A DNA stretch of 64,000 nt from Actinomycetes bacterium (lineage in GTDB: Bacteria > Bacillota > Sulfobacillia > Sulfobacillales > JAIMBI01). The notes beneath the pieces are model-generated. The model worked only from the letters and a program-made list of their open reading frames with translations, was not told the origin of the DNA and ran no database searches. The position numbers were made by a program, and so were the translations under genes. The first letter of the stretch is position 1. Each line of letters opens with the position of its first letter. The stretch covers positions 3,885 to 67,884 of the forward strand of contig JAIMBI010000006.1 of the NCBI GenBank assembly GCA_023565505.1. Direction: 5' to 3'. Shown piece by piece: positions 22,896 to 32,582 of the stretch.

Positions 22896-24772
22896 GCGCC
22901 GGCAAGGGTCCCGCACGGCAACGTTCCTCGCGGAGCCGTACGGCTCTGGAGCGCCGCATCCGCGCGTTCTACGAGCTTTTGGTGCAGGTCTACGGGCCCG
23001 AACGGCTCGTGCTCAAGGCGGGCAAACTGCAGGCGCTCAAAGACCTGCGCGACCCGGACCCCGCTCGACAGCTGCTGGGCCTGAAGAAGATCGTGCTGGA
23101 GGATCCGTCGCTCACGGAGTTGGCTTCGCGCGACGAAATCCCCGCGGAGCTGTCACGCCTCGAGGAGGAGCTGGCGGAACTCCTGGCCCGCCGCACCGTC
23201 GAGGAGGACCTCGAAAAGCGCATCGCGGAACGCATGCAGGAGCGGCACGAGGAGTACGTCCGGGACATCCGGCTCCAAATCCTGAAGGAAGACGCGGGCC
23301 CGGAGAACCCCGAGACGCTGCGCAAGCTCGCCCGGTTGGTCAAACTGGACGAACGGAAACTGGCCCGTTCCGCCCTCGACATCATGCGCCCGACGTCCCT
23401 GGACGAGGTCGTGGGCCAGAGGCAAGCCATTCGTGCGCTGCTGGCGAAGCTTGCCTCGCCGTACCCGCAGCACGTCCTGCTTTACGGACCGCCGGGCGTC
23501 GGGAAGACCACCGTGGCCCGTCTGGCGCTGGAGGAGGCCAAGAAGCGGCCATCCAGCCCCTTCGCGCAGGATGCGCCGTTCGTCGAGGTCGACGGCGCCA
23601 CGCTGCGTTGGGACCCCCGGGAGGTGACGAATCCCCTGCTGGGTTCGGTACACGACCCCATCTACCAGGGTGCCCGGCGCGACCTGGCCGAAGGCGGGAT
23701 TCCCGAGCCCAAACCCGGCTTGGTGACGGACGCTCACGGAGGAGTTTTGTTCATCGACGAAATCGGGGAGATGGATCCGCTCCTCCAGAACAAGTTGCTC
23801 AAGGTCCTTGAGGACAAGCGCGTCCGGTTCGACTCGGCGTACTACGACCCCGACGATCCCCAGGTGCCCAAGTACGTGAAGAAGCTTTTCGAGGAGGGTG
23901 CCCCGGCGGATTTCGTGCTCATCGGCGCCACCACCCGCAGCCCGGAGGAAATTTCGCCGGCCCTGCGGTCCCGTTGCGCCGAGATCTTCTTCGATCCCCT
24001 CACCCCTGAGGAGATCGAGACCATCTGCCACGCTGCGGCCAAGCGGCTCGGCATGGACCTCGAGGACGAGGCGGCGAAGCTCATCAGCCACTACACGCTC
24101 GAGGGGCGCCGGGCGGTGACCTTGCTGGCCGACGCCCTCAGCCTGACGTTGCTCGACGAGCCCGCGCCGACCGTCATCCGGGTCCAGGCGGTCGAAGACG
24201 CGATCGCCAAGGGCCGGCTGGCGCGGGTGACCATCGTGCGGGGCCACGAAGGCCGAGAGGTGGGCCACGTGTTCGGTCTGGCCGTCGCCGGGTTCCAGGG
24301 GACCGTGCTCGAGGTGGAGGCGGCTTGCTTCCCGGCCAGGACCCCCGGTCGGGGACAGATCCGCTTCAACGAGACCGCCGGCTCGATGACCAAGGACTCG
24401 GTTTTCAACGCGAGCACCGTGCTGCGGCAGCTCACCGGGCAGGACCCGGCGGACTACGACTTCCACGTCAACGTGGTGGGCGGGGCGCAGGTGGACGGCC
24501 CCTCGGCCGGCTCGGCCATATTCCTGGCGCTCTACAGTGCCCTGACCAAGACACCCGTCCGCCAGGACGTGGCGGTGACGGGGGAGCTGTCCCTGTCGGG
24601 CCGCCTCAAGCCTGTCGGAGGGATCGCGGAGAAAGTGTTCGGGGCCCGCCAGGCCAACATGAAGCGCGTCATCCTGCCCACCGCGAACGCCCACGACGTG
24701 CCGCGCGAACCCGGGGTGGAGGTGGTCACGGTGGACACGGCGGCGGAACTGGTGGAGGCGGCCACGCGGTGA
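22892..24772 (+). CDS. lonC: Lon-family ATP-dependent protease (LonC type)
   Basis: GPPGVGKT, LFIDEIGE, ALRSRC, DGPSAG Ser and downstream Lys of Lon dyad; clostridial rplI-lonC-dnaB synteny. Confidence 0.88.
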   Translation: MSAGKGPARQRSSRSRTALERRIRAFYELLVQVYGPERLVLKAGKLQALKDLRDPDPARQLLGLKKIVLEDPSLTELASRDEIPAELSRLEEELAELLARRTVEEDLEKRIAERMQERHEEYVRDIRLQILKEDAGPENPETLRKLARLVKLDERKLARSALDIMRPTSLDEVVGQRQAIRALLAKLASPYPQHVLLYGPPGVGKTTVARLALEEAKKRPSSPFAQDAPFVEVDGATLRWDPREVTNPLLGSVHDPIYQGARRDLAEGGIPEPKPGLVTDAHGGVLFIDEIGEMDPLLQNKLLKVLEDKRVRFDSAYYDPDDPQVPKYVKKLFEEGAPADFVLIGATTRSPEEISPALRSRCAEIFFDPLTPEEIETICHAAAKRLGMDLEDEAAKLISHYTLEGRRAVTLLADALSLTLLDEPAPTVIRVQAVEDAIAKGRLARVTIVRGHEGREVGHVFGLAVAGFQGTVLEVEAACFPARTPGRGQIRFNETAGSMTKDSVFNASTVLRQLTGQDPADYDFHVNVVGGAQVDGPSAGSAIFLALYSALTKTPVRQDVAVTGELSLSGRLKPVGGIAEKVFGARQANMKRVILPTANAHDVPREPGVEVVTVDTAAELVEAATR

Positions 24773-26097
24773 GCGTCGAACTGGACCGCCTGCCGCCGCA
24801 GCACCTCGAAGCCGAATTGGCGGTCCTGGGCGCCTTGCTCATCGACCCGGGCGTCGCGGATGACGTCGCCCAGCTGCTGAAGCCGGAAGACTTCTACCGC
24901 GATGCCCACCGCGAGGTCTACGAAGCGATCCTGGACCTCCTCGGCGGGTCGACCGGACACCAAATCGACGTGATCACGGTATCCGAGGCGCTCAGGCGCC
25001 GGGGCACGCTCGACAACGTGGGGGGCCTCCCGTTCCTCATGGAGTTGGCGAAGGTGGTCCCCACGGCCGCGCATGCCGTGCACTACGCCCAGATCGTCCG
25101 TGAGAAGGCCATTCTCCGCCGCGTCATCGAGACGGGGACGAAGATGGTGGGCATGGCCTTTGCGGGCGAGCGCTCGTCCGAAGAGATTCTCGAACAAGCG
25201 CAGCAGGCGCTCAGCGAGCTGGCCCACAAGGGACGCCGGGAACCGCAGCGCCTGCAGCAAATCCTCGTGACGACGCTGGACCGGGTCGAGAAGATGGCGT
25301 CCCAGAAGGGACTGGCCGGTCTGTCCACCGGGTTTCCCGACTTCGACCGGCTGACGTCCGGTCTGCAACCGTCGGACTTCTTGGTGGTGGCCGCCCGACC
25401 CTCCATGGGGAAGACCAACTTCTGCCTGAACATCGCGCGGCACGTGGCGGTCCGGGAGCGTGTCCCGGTGGTCATCTTCAGCCTGGAGATGTCGCAGGAG
25501 CAGCTGGCTCTCCGGCTCATCGCCGCCGAGGCCGACATCGACGGACAGCGGCTCAGGACGGGCAACCTCACGGAGGAAATGTGGGCCCGCCTGACCCAGT
25601 CGTTGGGTCGGCTGGGCGATGCCCCGATCTACATCGACGATACGCCGGCGCTCTCTCCGCTTGAGTTGGCGGCCAAGGCCCGCGCCCTGAACCGTAAGAC
25701 CCGCCTGGGCCTCATCATCGTGGACTACCTCCAGCTCATGACCGCGCGAGGACGGGCCGAGAACCGCCAGCAGGAAATCTCCGAGATCTCGCGGAGCCTG
25801 AAGGCCCTGGCCCGGGAACTGGCCGTGCCGGTTCTGACGCTGTCCCAGCTCTCGCGGGCGGTGGAATCCCGTACGGACAAGCGTCCGATGCTCTCCGACC
25901 TCCGCGAGTCCGGGGCCATCGAGCAGGATGCGGACCTGGTGGCGTTTATCTATCGGGACGACTACTACTCGAAGGAAACGGAGACCCAGAGTCCGGCGGA
26001 ACTCATCATCGCCAAGCAGCGGAACGGACCGACCGGTTTGGTGCATCTCCTGTTCCGCAAGGACACCGGGAAATTCTTAAGCGTGGCGCCGGAGTAG
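24769..26097 (+). CDS. dnaB: replicative DNA helicase
   Basis: PPQHLEAE, ARPSMGKT, FSLEM, DYLQL, SQLSR, DLRESGAIEQDAD, KQRNGPTG. Confidence 0.97.
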   Translation: MSVELDRLPPQHLEAELAVLGALLIDPGVADDVAQLLKPEDFYRDAHREVYEAILDLLGGSTGHQIDVITVSEALRRRGTLDNVGGLPFLMELAKVVPTAAHAVHYAQIVREKAILRRVIETGTKMVGMAFAGERSSEEILEQAQQALSELAHKGRREPQRLQQILVTTLDRVEKMASQKGLAGLSTGFPDFDRLTSGLQPSDFLVVAARPSMGKTNFCLNIARHVAVRERVPVVIFSLEMSQEQLALRLIAAEADIDGQRLRTGNLTEEMWARLTQSLGRLGDAPIYIDDTPALSPLELAAKARALNRKTRLGLIIVDYLQLMTARGRAENRQQEISEISRSLKALARELAVPVLTLSQLSRAVESRTDKRPMLSDLRESGAIEQDADLVAFIYRDDYYSKETETQSPAELIIAKQRNGPTGLVHLLFRKDTGKFLSVAPE

Positions 26098-26124
26098 CCG
26101 GTTGCCCGTCGAGGAGCGAAAGCC

Positions 26125-27408
26125 ATGTCTGCCGTGGTCGTGGTAGGGGCGCAATGGGGTGACGAAGGCAAGGGGAAAGTCACCGACTTCCTCGCCCAGA
26201 AGGCTGATGTCGTCGTTCGCCACCAGGGCGGTGCCAATGCCGGCCACACGGTCGTAGTGGGGGATCGAACCTTCAAACTGCATCTCATCCCTTCGGGGAT
26301 CCTCTATCCAGACAAACTCAGCGTGATCGCCAACGGGGTCGTCGTCGACCCGGCGATTCTCTCGGAGGAGCTCGACTACCTCACCCGCGAAGGGATCGAC
26401 GTGGGGGGCCTGCGCGTGTCCACGCAGGCGCACGTCGTGATGCCGTACCACAAGCTGATGGACGCCTTGCAGGAAGGGCGGCTCGGCGACCGCAAGATCG
26501 GTACCACGCTCCGCGGGATCGGTCCCGCGTACATGGACAAGGCGGCCCGGACGGGCATACGCATGGCCGAACTGCTCGACGCCGACCGTCTGCGCCAGCG
26601 GGTGCGCGAGCAGGTCGCCGAGAAAAACCGTCTACTGGCTATGTACGGCGGCGAGCCTCTCGATGCGGACCGCATCACGGACGAATATGCCGCCTACGGG
26701 GAACGGCTGCGCCCGTTCCTGGCCAACACGGCACGCCTCATCAACGACGCCTTGGACCACGACCAGAACGTCCTCTTCGAGGGAGCGCAGGGAACGTTGC
26801 TGGACATCGACCACGGTACCTACCCCTACGTGACCTCCTCCCATCCGGTGGCCGGGGGGGCCTGCATCGGGGCGGGAGTGGGCCCCACGCGCATCGACCA
26901 GGTCTACGGCGTCCTCAAAGCCTACACGTCGCGCGTGGGCGACGGGCCGTTCCCCACGGAGCTCACCGACGCCATCGGGGACGACATTCGGGAACGGGGC
27001 CATGAGTACGGGACGACCACCGGAAGACCGCGGCGCGTCGGATGGCTTGACGGCGCCGCGCTGCGGCAGGCCGCGCGGGTCAACGGGATGACCGGCGTGG
27101 TCGTCACCCGTCTGGACGTACTGGATGCTTTGCCGGAGCTCAAGATCGCCGTCGGCTACCAGTTGCCCGACGGCACCGTCACCACGGACTTCCCGGACGG
27201 CGCCGAAGCGCTGGCACAGGTCCGACCCGTCTACGAGACCCTGCCGGGATGGCGTACGCCGACGACGGATGCTCGCCGCCTGGAGGATCTGCCGCCCGAG
27301 GCCCGTGACTACCTCGACCGGATCGCGGAGGTGACCGGTGTTCCGGTGGTCATGGTATCCGTGGGCGCGGAGCGGACGCGCACCATCACCACCCGACCGC
27401 TATTCTGA
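26125..27408 (+). CDS. purA: adenylosuccinate synthetase
   Basis: QWGDEGKGK, GGANAGHT, EGAQG, GTYPYVTSS, EYGTTTGRPRR. Confidence 0.98.
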   Translation: MSAVVVVGAQWGDEGKGKVTDFLAQKADVVVRHQGGANAGHTVVVGDRTFKLHLIPSGILYPDKLSVIANGVVVDPAILSEELDYLTREGIDVGGLRVSTQAHVVMPYHKLMDALQEGRLGDRKIGTTLRGIGPAYMDKAARTGIRMAELLDADRLRQRVREQVAEKNRLLAMYGGEPLDADRITDEYAAYGERLRPFLANTARLINDALDHDQNVLFEGAQGTLLDIDHGTYPYVTSSHPVAGGACIGAGVGPTRIDQVYGVLKAYTSRVGDGPFPTELTDAIGDDIRERGHEYGTTTGRPRRVGWLDGAALRQAARVNGMTGVVVTRLDVLDALPELKIAVGYQLPDGTVTTDFPDGAEALAQVRPVYETLPGWRTPTTDARRLEDLPPEARDYLDRIAEVTGVPVVMVSVGAERTRTITTRPLF

Positions 27409-27413
27409 CCACA

Positions 27414-27442
27414 TTGACAGCACCGGTCGGGGGGACTAGAAT
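27414..27442 (+). promoter_or_regulatory. sigmaA promoter of tRNA-Gly
   Basis: TTGACA-17 nt-TAGAAT. Confidence 0.8.
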
Positions 27443-27451
27443 GGGGGCGTC

Positions 27452-27527
27452 GCGGAAGTAGTTCAGTTGGTAGAACGTCGGCTTCCCAAGCCGAAAGTCG
27501 CGGGTTCGAGTCCCGTCTTCCGCTCCA
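27452..27527 (+). tRNA. tRNA-Gly(CCC)
   Basis: GCGGAAGTAGTTCAG...TCGGCTT-CCC-AAGCCGA...GTTCGAGTCC...CGCTCCA. Confidence 0.97.
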
Positions 27528-27621
27528 GTTTTCAGGGCGCCGGATCGACCGGCGCCTCTTTCGTGCAGGGTTGTTCTGGGGGAAGGAACCGGGCGCATAC
27601 GGTTGAGCCGGAGGCGAGTCC

Positions 27622-28011
27622 GTGGCGCGCCAGCTGTTGTTCCTCCTGACGGCCCTGCTCATGGTGACCGGCCTGGTGGTTCTGACGTGGTCCTTCCACA
27701 ACCTGGAGCTCACCGACCGGCCCGAGTGGATGAACTGGCAGACATTGCTGTGGCCCCTGCTGGTCCTCGGCATCACCGATTCGGCCAGATGGTGGCGGGC
27801 TAGGCGGGCGGGACTGGTCGTCCGTCCCGACTGGACCCGGCTGGTGATCCACGGCTTCCCCAGCGCGCTCATCACGCTTCTCCCGGCCGGGGCCTTCACG
27901 AATCTTTTCGGGCCGCAGGTAGCGCTGTCCCTGCTGGATTTTCCCACCGCCAAAGTCATGGCCGCCTTCTGGTTCGCCGCGACGGTTACCGCCGCCTGGG
28001 AGGCGGTGTGA
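27622..28011 (+). CDS. hypothetical membrane protein
   Basis: GGAGG RBS, four hydrophobic segments, GTGA overlap with next gene. Confidence 0.7.
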   Translation: MARQLLFLLTALLMVTGLVVLTWSFHNLELTDRPEWMNWQTLLWPLLVLGITDSARWWRARRAGLVVRPDWTRLVIHGFPSALITLLPAGAFTNLFGPQVALSLLDFPTAKVMAAFWFAATVTAAWEAV

Positions 28012-28775
28012 GCATGCCGGGTCACGGGGGGTTTCTGGTCCGCCCGCCGCTGCGGATGCTCTCCCTGGTCATCGGGATCGCCTGCCTGGCCATCGTGGCC
28101 TACTGGATGGTGGCGTTCGCCCCGCCGGTCGGGGCCCAGGGTCCCTATCGCATCGTGATCAACGTGGTCGAGCGGCGCCTTTATCTGTACCACGGGAACA
28201 CCTTGGTGCACACGTATCCGGTGGCCGTCGGCCGCCCGGCCACCCCGACGCCCCGGGGCGAGTTCGTCATCACCCAGAAAGCGGTGTGGGGCGACGGCTT
28301 CGGGACCCGGTGGATGCGCTTCTCGGCGCCGTGGGGCATCTACGGCATTCACGGCACCAACAAGCCGTGGTCGGTGGGCACGGTGGCGTCCCACGGCTGC
28401 GTCCGGATGTACAACCGTGACGTCGAGCAACTCTACGCCCTGGTCTCGGTCGGCACCCCGGTGGACATCGTCGGCCCGACCCCGTACGCCCGGATCCGCA
28501 GGGTCCTCCGGCCTGGGGCCATCGGGCAGGACGTCATCGAGCTGCAGCGTCAGCTCCGGTTGGCGGGGACTTACGGCGGAAGGCTCGACGGCGTCTACAC
28601 CCCTGCCGTGGCGGAGGCGGTCCGACGATTCCAGGAGAAACTCGGCCGGCCGGCGACGGGAGAGGCCGATCTCCAGACCGTCGAGGCGCTGGCCGCTGCA
28701 ACCGGTCAGGCGGGTCAACCCGCGCGTTATCTGGTCCCCGCCGCCGGCGCCGGCCAGACCCAGGCGGGCTCATGA
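28008..28775 (+). CDS. L,D-transpeptidase (YkuD) with C-terminal peptidoglycan-binding domain
   Basis: YPVAVG..TPTP.G, YGIHGT...SHGCVRM catalytic motif; G.DV..LQ..L...DG.Y...T..AV..FQ-like PG-binding domain. Confidence 0.92.
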   Translation: MSMPGHGGFLVRPPLRMLSLVIGIACLAIVAYWMVAFAPPVGAQGPYRIVINVVERRLYLYHGNTLVHTYPVAVGRPATPTPRGEFVITQKAVWGDGFGTRWMRFSAPWGIYGIHGTNKPWSVGTVASHGCVRMYNRDVEQLYALVSVGTPVDIVGPTPYARIRRVLRPGAIGQDVIELQRQLRLAGTYGGRLDGVYTPAVAEAVRRFQEKLGRPATGEADLQTVEALAAATGQAGQPARYLVPAAGAGQTQAGS

Positions 28776-28833
28776 TCCCGCAGCAAAAACCGTCTTGAGC
28801 GGTCCTTCGGCCAACTGCTATAATGAACCGTGC

Positions 28834-28909
28834 GCTGGCGTAGCTCAGTCGGTAGAGCAGTCGATTCGTAATCGACCGGTCGGGAGTTCGAATCTCCCCG
28901 CCAGCTCCA
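28834..28909 (+). tRNA. tRNA-Thr(CGT)
   Basis: GCTGGCGTAGCTCAG...GTCGATT-CGT-AATCGAC...GTTCGAATCT...AGCTCCA; TGCTATAAT promoter upstream. Confidence 0.97.
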
Positions 28910-28923
28910 GCTCAAGTTTCCGC

Positions 28924-28950
28924 GCCCCGCACGGTGAGCGGGGTTTTTTT
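28924..28950 (+). terminator. intrinsic terminator after tRNA-Thr
   Basis: GCCCCGC...GCGGGGT followed by a T-tract. Confidence 0.8.
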
Positions 28951-29006
28951 ATGAACGAGCTGCGTTTCCGCTTCCCTGGACGAGGGAAGCCGTGGGCCCT
29001 GTTCCG

Positions 29007-30176
29007 TTACGGCGTGGCCGACGGCGCCGCCCGCGCAAACCGCCGCCGCGCCTCCAAAGCCCGCTGGAGCGCCGCGTCGGCGGTCGGGGCGGTCGCCGTG
29101 ATGTGGCCCATCTTGCGTCCGGCCCGAGCCTCGGCCTTGCCGTACAGATGCAGCGAGACATCGAGGGTCAGGGCACTGCGCACGTCGGGATCGCCGCCGG
29201 CATCCTGCCACAGGTCGCCCAGGAGGTTGACCATCGCGGCCGGCTCACGCAGAGCCGGATCACCGAGCGGCAGGCCGGTGACCGCCCGCACGAGCTGCTC
29301 GAACTGCGAGGTCCGACAGGCCTCGAGGGTGTAGTGGCCGCTGTTGTGCGGCCGGGGCGCCGTCTCGTTGACCAAGAGGCGGCCGTCCGCTGTCCAGAAG
29401 AACTCGACGGCCATGAGACCGACGACGTCCCACGCTTCGAGCAGGCGTTGCGCGGCTTCCTCGGCGCGCTGCCGAACGTCTGCGGGCACGTCGGCCGGCA
29501 CGCGGCTCCAATCCAGGATGCCGTTCGCGTGGTGATTCTCCGCGGGCGGGAAGCACCGCACCGAGCCGTCGCGACCCCGCGCCCCGACGACGGACAACTC
29601 CTTGAGGATGGGGACGACGCGCTCGGCCACGGCGTGGTCGTCGGGTCCCGGACAGAGTTGCCGGAAGGCGTCGACGGCCTCGGCGGCGTTCCCGACCTGG
29701 ATCTGGCCCTTGCCGTCGTAGCCGCCTTCGGCTGTCTTGAGGAGGACGGGGGCACCCAACTCGCTGAGGGCCCGCTCGGCCTCGGCGGCGGACCGGACCG
29801 GGCGGTACGGGGCGGTTTCCAGCCCGACGGCGGTCACGGCGTCCTTCTCCCGGATCCGGTTGCGGCTCCGCCCGAGCACGCGGGCGGCGGGATACAGGCG
29901 GCCCGCCCGCTCCGCCGCTTCGGCCGCCTGAAGCGGGATGTTCTCGAATTCGTAGGTGACCACCGCACAGCGGCGCGCCAAGTCGGCCGCCGCGGCGGCG
30001 TCGTACGCCGCCTGCACATGCTCGTCGGCAACCTGGCCCGCCGGACTTCGGGGATCGGGGTCAAGCACGCGGACCCGGTAACCAAGCCGGTGGGCGGCCT
30101 GGGCCGTCATGCGGCCCAATTGCCCGCCGCCCAGGATGCCGATCCATTCCCCCGGGCGAATCCAGTCCTCCGTCAT
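29007..30176 (-). CDS. purK: N5-CAIR synthase
   Basis: [47 protein letters not shown]. Confidence 0.96.
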   Translation of the reverse strand: MTEDWIRPGEWIGILGGGQLGRMTAQAAHRLGYRVRVLDPDPRSPAGQVADEHVQAAYDAAAAADLARRCAVVTYEFENIPLQAAEAAERAGRLYPAARVLGRSRNRIREKDAVTAVGLETAPYRPVRSAAEAERALSELGAPVLLKTAEGGYDGKGQIQVGNAAEAVDAFRQLCPGPDDHAVAERVVPILKELSVVGARGRDGSVRCFPPAENHHANGILDWSRVPADVPADVRQRAEEAAQRLLEAWDVVGLMAVEFFWTADGRLLVNETAPRPHNSGHYTLEACRTSQFEQLVRAVTGLPLGDPALREPAAMVNLLGDLWQDAGGDPDVRSALTLDVSLHLYGKAEARAGRKMGHITATAPTADAALQRALEARRRFARAAPSATP

Positions 30177-30703
30177 GTTACGGACGGCTCCTCCCGAGGA
30201 GGCCACGCGCGGTCGAGTTCGGCCTGACTCGCTTCGACCTGTTCCGCGAGCTCCCGGCGGTAGCGGTCCAGACGTGCCCGCAGCGCCGGATCCCCGAGAG
30301 CCAGGATGGCGGCGGCAAGCAGCGCGGCGTTGACGGCGCCGGCCCGCCCGACGGCCATCGTGGCCACCGGGATGCCGCCCGGCATCTGGCTGATGGAGAG
30401 CAGGGCGTCCAGTCCGCCGAGCGTGCCGCCCGGCACGGGGACGCCGATGACCGGAAGGAGCGTCTTGGTGGCCGTCATCCCAGGCAGGTGGGCGGCCCCG
30501 CCGGCACCCGCGATGATGACCCGCAGCCCTCGCCGTTCCGCCTCCGCCGCGTAGGCGAACATGCGGTCCGGCGTCCGATGGGCGGACACCACCCGCACTT
30601 CATGGGGAATGTCCAGCCGGTGGAGCGTCTCGGCCGCATGGCGCATCACGTCCCAGTCGGAACGACTGCCCATGATCACGCCGACCAACGGATTGGCCGC
30701 CAC
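30173..30703 (-). CDS. purE: N5-CAIR mutase
   Basis: [34 protein letters not shown]. Confidence 0.97.
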   Translation of the reverse strand: MAANPLVGVIMGSRSDWDVMRHAAETLHRLDIPHEVRVVSAHRTPDRMFAYAAEAERRGLRVIIAGAGGAAHLPGMTATKTLLPVIGVPVPGGTLGGLDALLSISQMPGGIPVATMAVGRAGAVNAALLAAAILALGDPALRARLDRYRRELAEQVEASQAELDRAWPPREEPSVT

Positions 30704-30780
30704 GGTGCGAATTCCTCCTGCCATGGTGTCGGCCTCAGCATAACACAAGCCGGGGCCGCGTCCGGGCGCAGGCCGCCCCG

Positions 30781-32534
30781 TCACGCCGACGGACGGCGTG
30801 CCGCCACGTACTCCAACGGATCGTCCCCGCTCCAGTCGGCGGGCTTTGTCTTCGGCCACAGTTCGTCCACCCGGCGCAGCACCTGCTCGATGGTCGGATT
30901 CCGTTCGGCTTCGGGCAGGCCCCGCACCATGATCTCGAGGTAACCGCCCTGACTCAGGAGGGCACGCAAGGACCAGAGGTCCGTGAACGCCATGGTCATA
31001 AGGGCCTCTGCCCGTCGCTCCACCACAAGACCGCCCCATTCCAGGTAGGCGGCCAGCTCTCCGGGCTCCGGCGCGAAGTGGCGGAACGGCAGACGGTGGC
31101 GGGCGAGGGCCTCCCGGATCGGTTCCAACGCCTCCTGCCACGCCGGCGGCCAGGTGAAGGCGAGGGCGGTGCTGAGCACGACTCGGCCCCCCGGAAGCAA
31201 CACCCGGTAGATCTCCTTGACCGTGGTCTGCGGATCGCACAGGTGCCAGAAGAGGGCACCGACCACGAGGTCCGCGCTTTCGGCCAGGATCGGGAGCCGC
31301 TCGGCGAACGCCTCGATCCCGCTGACCCAGTGCGCGTTCTCCTGGGCAGCCCGCCGCAAGGCTTGGCGGAGCAGGGCGGGTGAGGGGTCGGTGAGCAGCA
31401 GCACCCCCTCGGGGCCGATGCGCCGGGCCAGGCCGCCGTCAAAGGCGATCCGGCCGGCTCCGGCTCCCAGCTCGACGGCGGCGACGCCCGGTTCGGGGTC
31501 CATGAAGTCGACGAACTGTCGGGCCTCCTCGACGCTCTGAATGTACTGTTTTTGGAACAGGGCGCCGAAGCTTCCGCCGAACTGCTCGCTGACCGGAGCA
31601 AGGGTCGTCTCCGCGTGGCGCAGCAGGTTCGGGCCGCTGCTCGCCGTGATGACCAGGCGCCCGCCGCGACGGCTGCGCAACACGACGCCCTTCTGCTCGT
31701 AGAGCCGTTCGTCGGCTTCCCTCACGGCCTGGCCCAGCGTGCCGGGCGTGTAGGCGGCCACGCCGAAACAGAGCGTCAGCGGACTCGGCCAATCGGCACT
31801 TCGGTCGCGCAAGAGGGCCTGGACCTGCTCGGCCCAGGCCTGCGCGTCGGCACCGGCCAGGCCCGGGAGCACGACCAGGAACTCGTCGCCCCCCATCGGA
31901 CGGCGAAGGCGGATTCAGGAAGCGCTTCGCGGAGGACCTCGCCCACCAAGGCGAGCGCTCGGTCGCCGCGCATGTGACCATACACGTGGTTCAGCCGCTT
32001 CAGGGCATCGAGGTCGAACAGCACGACCGATCCGGCGCCCCGGTCGAGCGCGGCGTACCGGATCTCCCAGGAACGGCGGTTCGCCAGGCCGGTGAGACTG
32101 TCCTCGAGTGCCCACGAGGGCCAGTCCGCGGCGCCGCCGGGGGACCGGTCGACGGCCGGGGCCATGACCCAGTACCAGTCGCGGCGGAAGGGCACCATCC
32201 ACCCCCGGACGCGTGCCACTTCGCCTTCGCCGCCCCGCCCGCGCACACGGCAGGCGACGGCCTCGCCCCGATGGAACGCGTCGCTGAGCAGGTCCCACAC
32301 GGGCCCGTCATGGCGGCGAAGCGGGGCCAACCCGAAGACGTCGACCACCGGCAACCCGAGGACCTGCTCCGGTGACAGGTTCCACCGGGTCAGGGCCCGG
32401 TCGTTGAGGGCGGCGATCCGTCCGTCGGTGGTCGCGATAATAATCGGCCAAGGCAGGGCGCGATACACGATGTGCGCGACATCGTCGTCCGTCAGCGGGG
32501 TCAGGACCCGCTCTGGTTCCGACTGCGACGTTAT
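30781..32534 (-). pseudogene. PAS-GGDEF-class I SAM methyltransferase fusion, frameshifted inside the GGDEF codons
   Basis: Frame 1: PAS-like, D.LTGL.NRR, FDLD.LK.LN..YGH..GD, AVRW; frame 2: GGDEF...ADERLYEQK then VELGAGAG methyltransferase; 6-G run at 31889-31894. Confidence 0.8.
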
Positions 32535-32582
32535 GGCTTGCCTCCTCCTCCTGGGATTAGCGCCAGCCGAGGTGGTTGTGCC

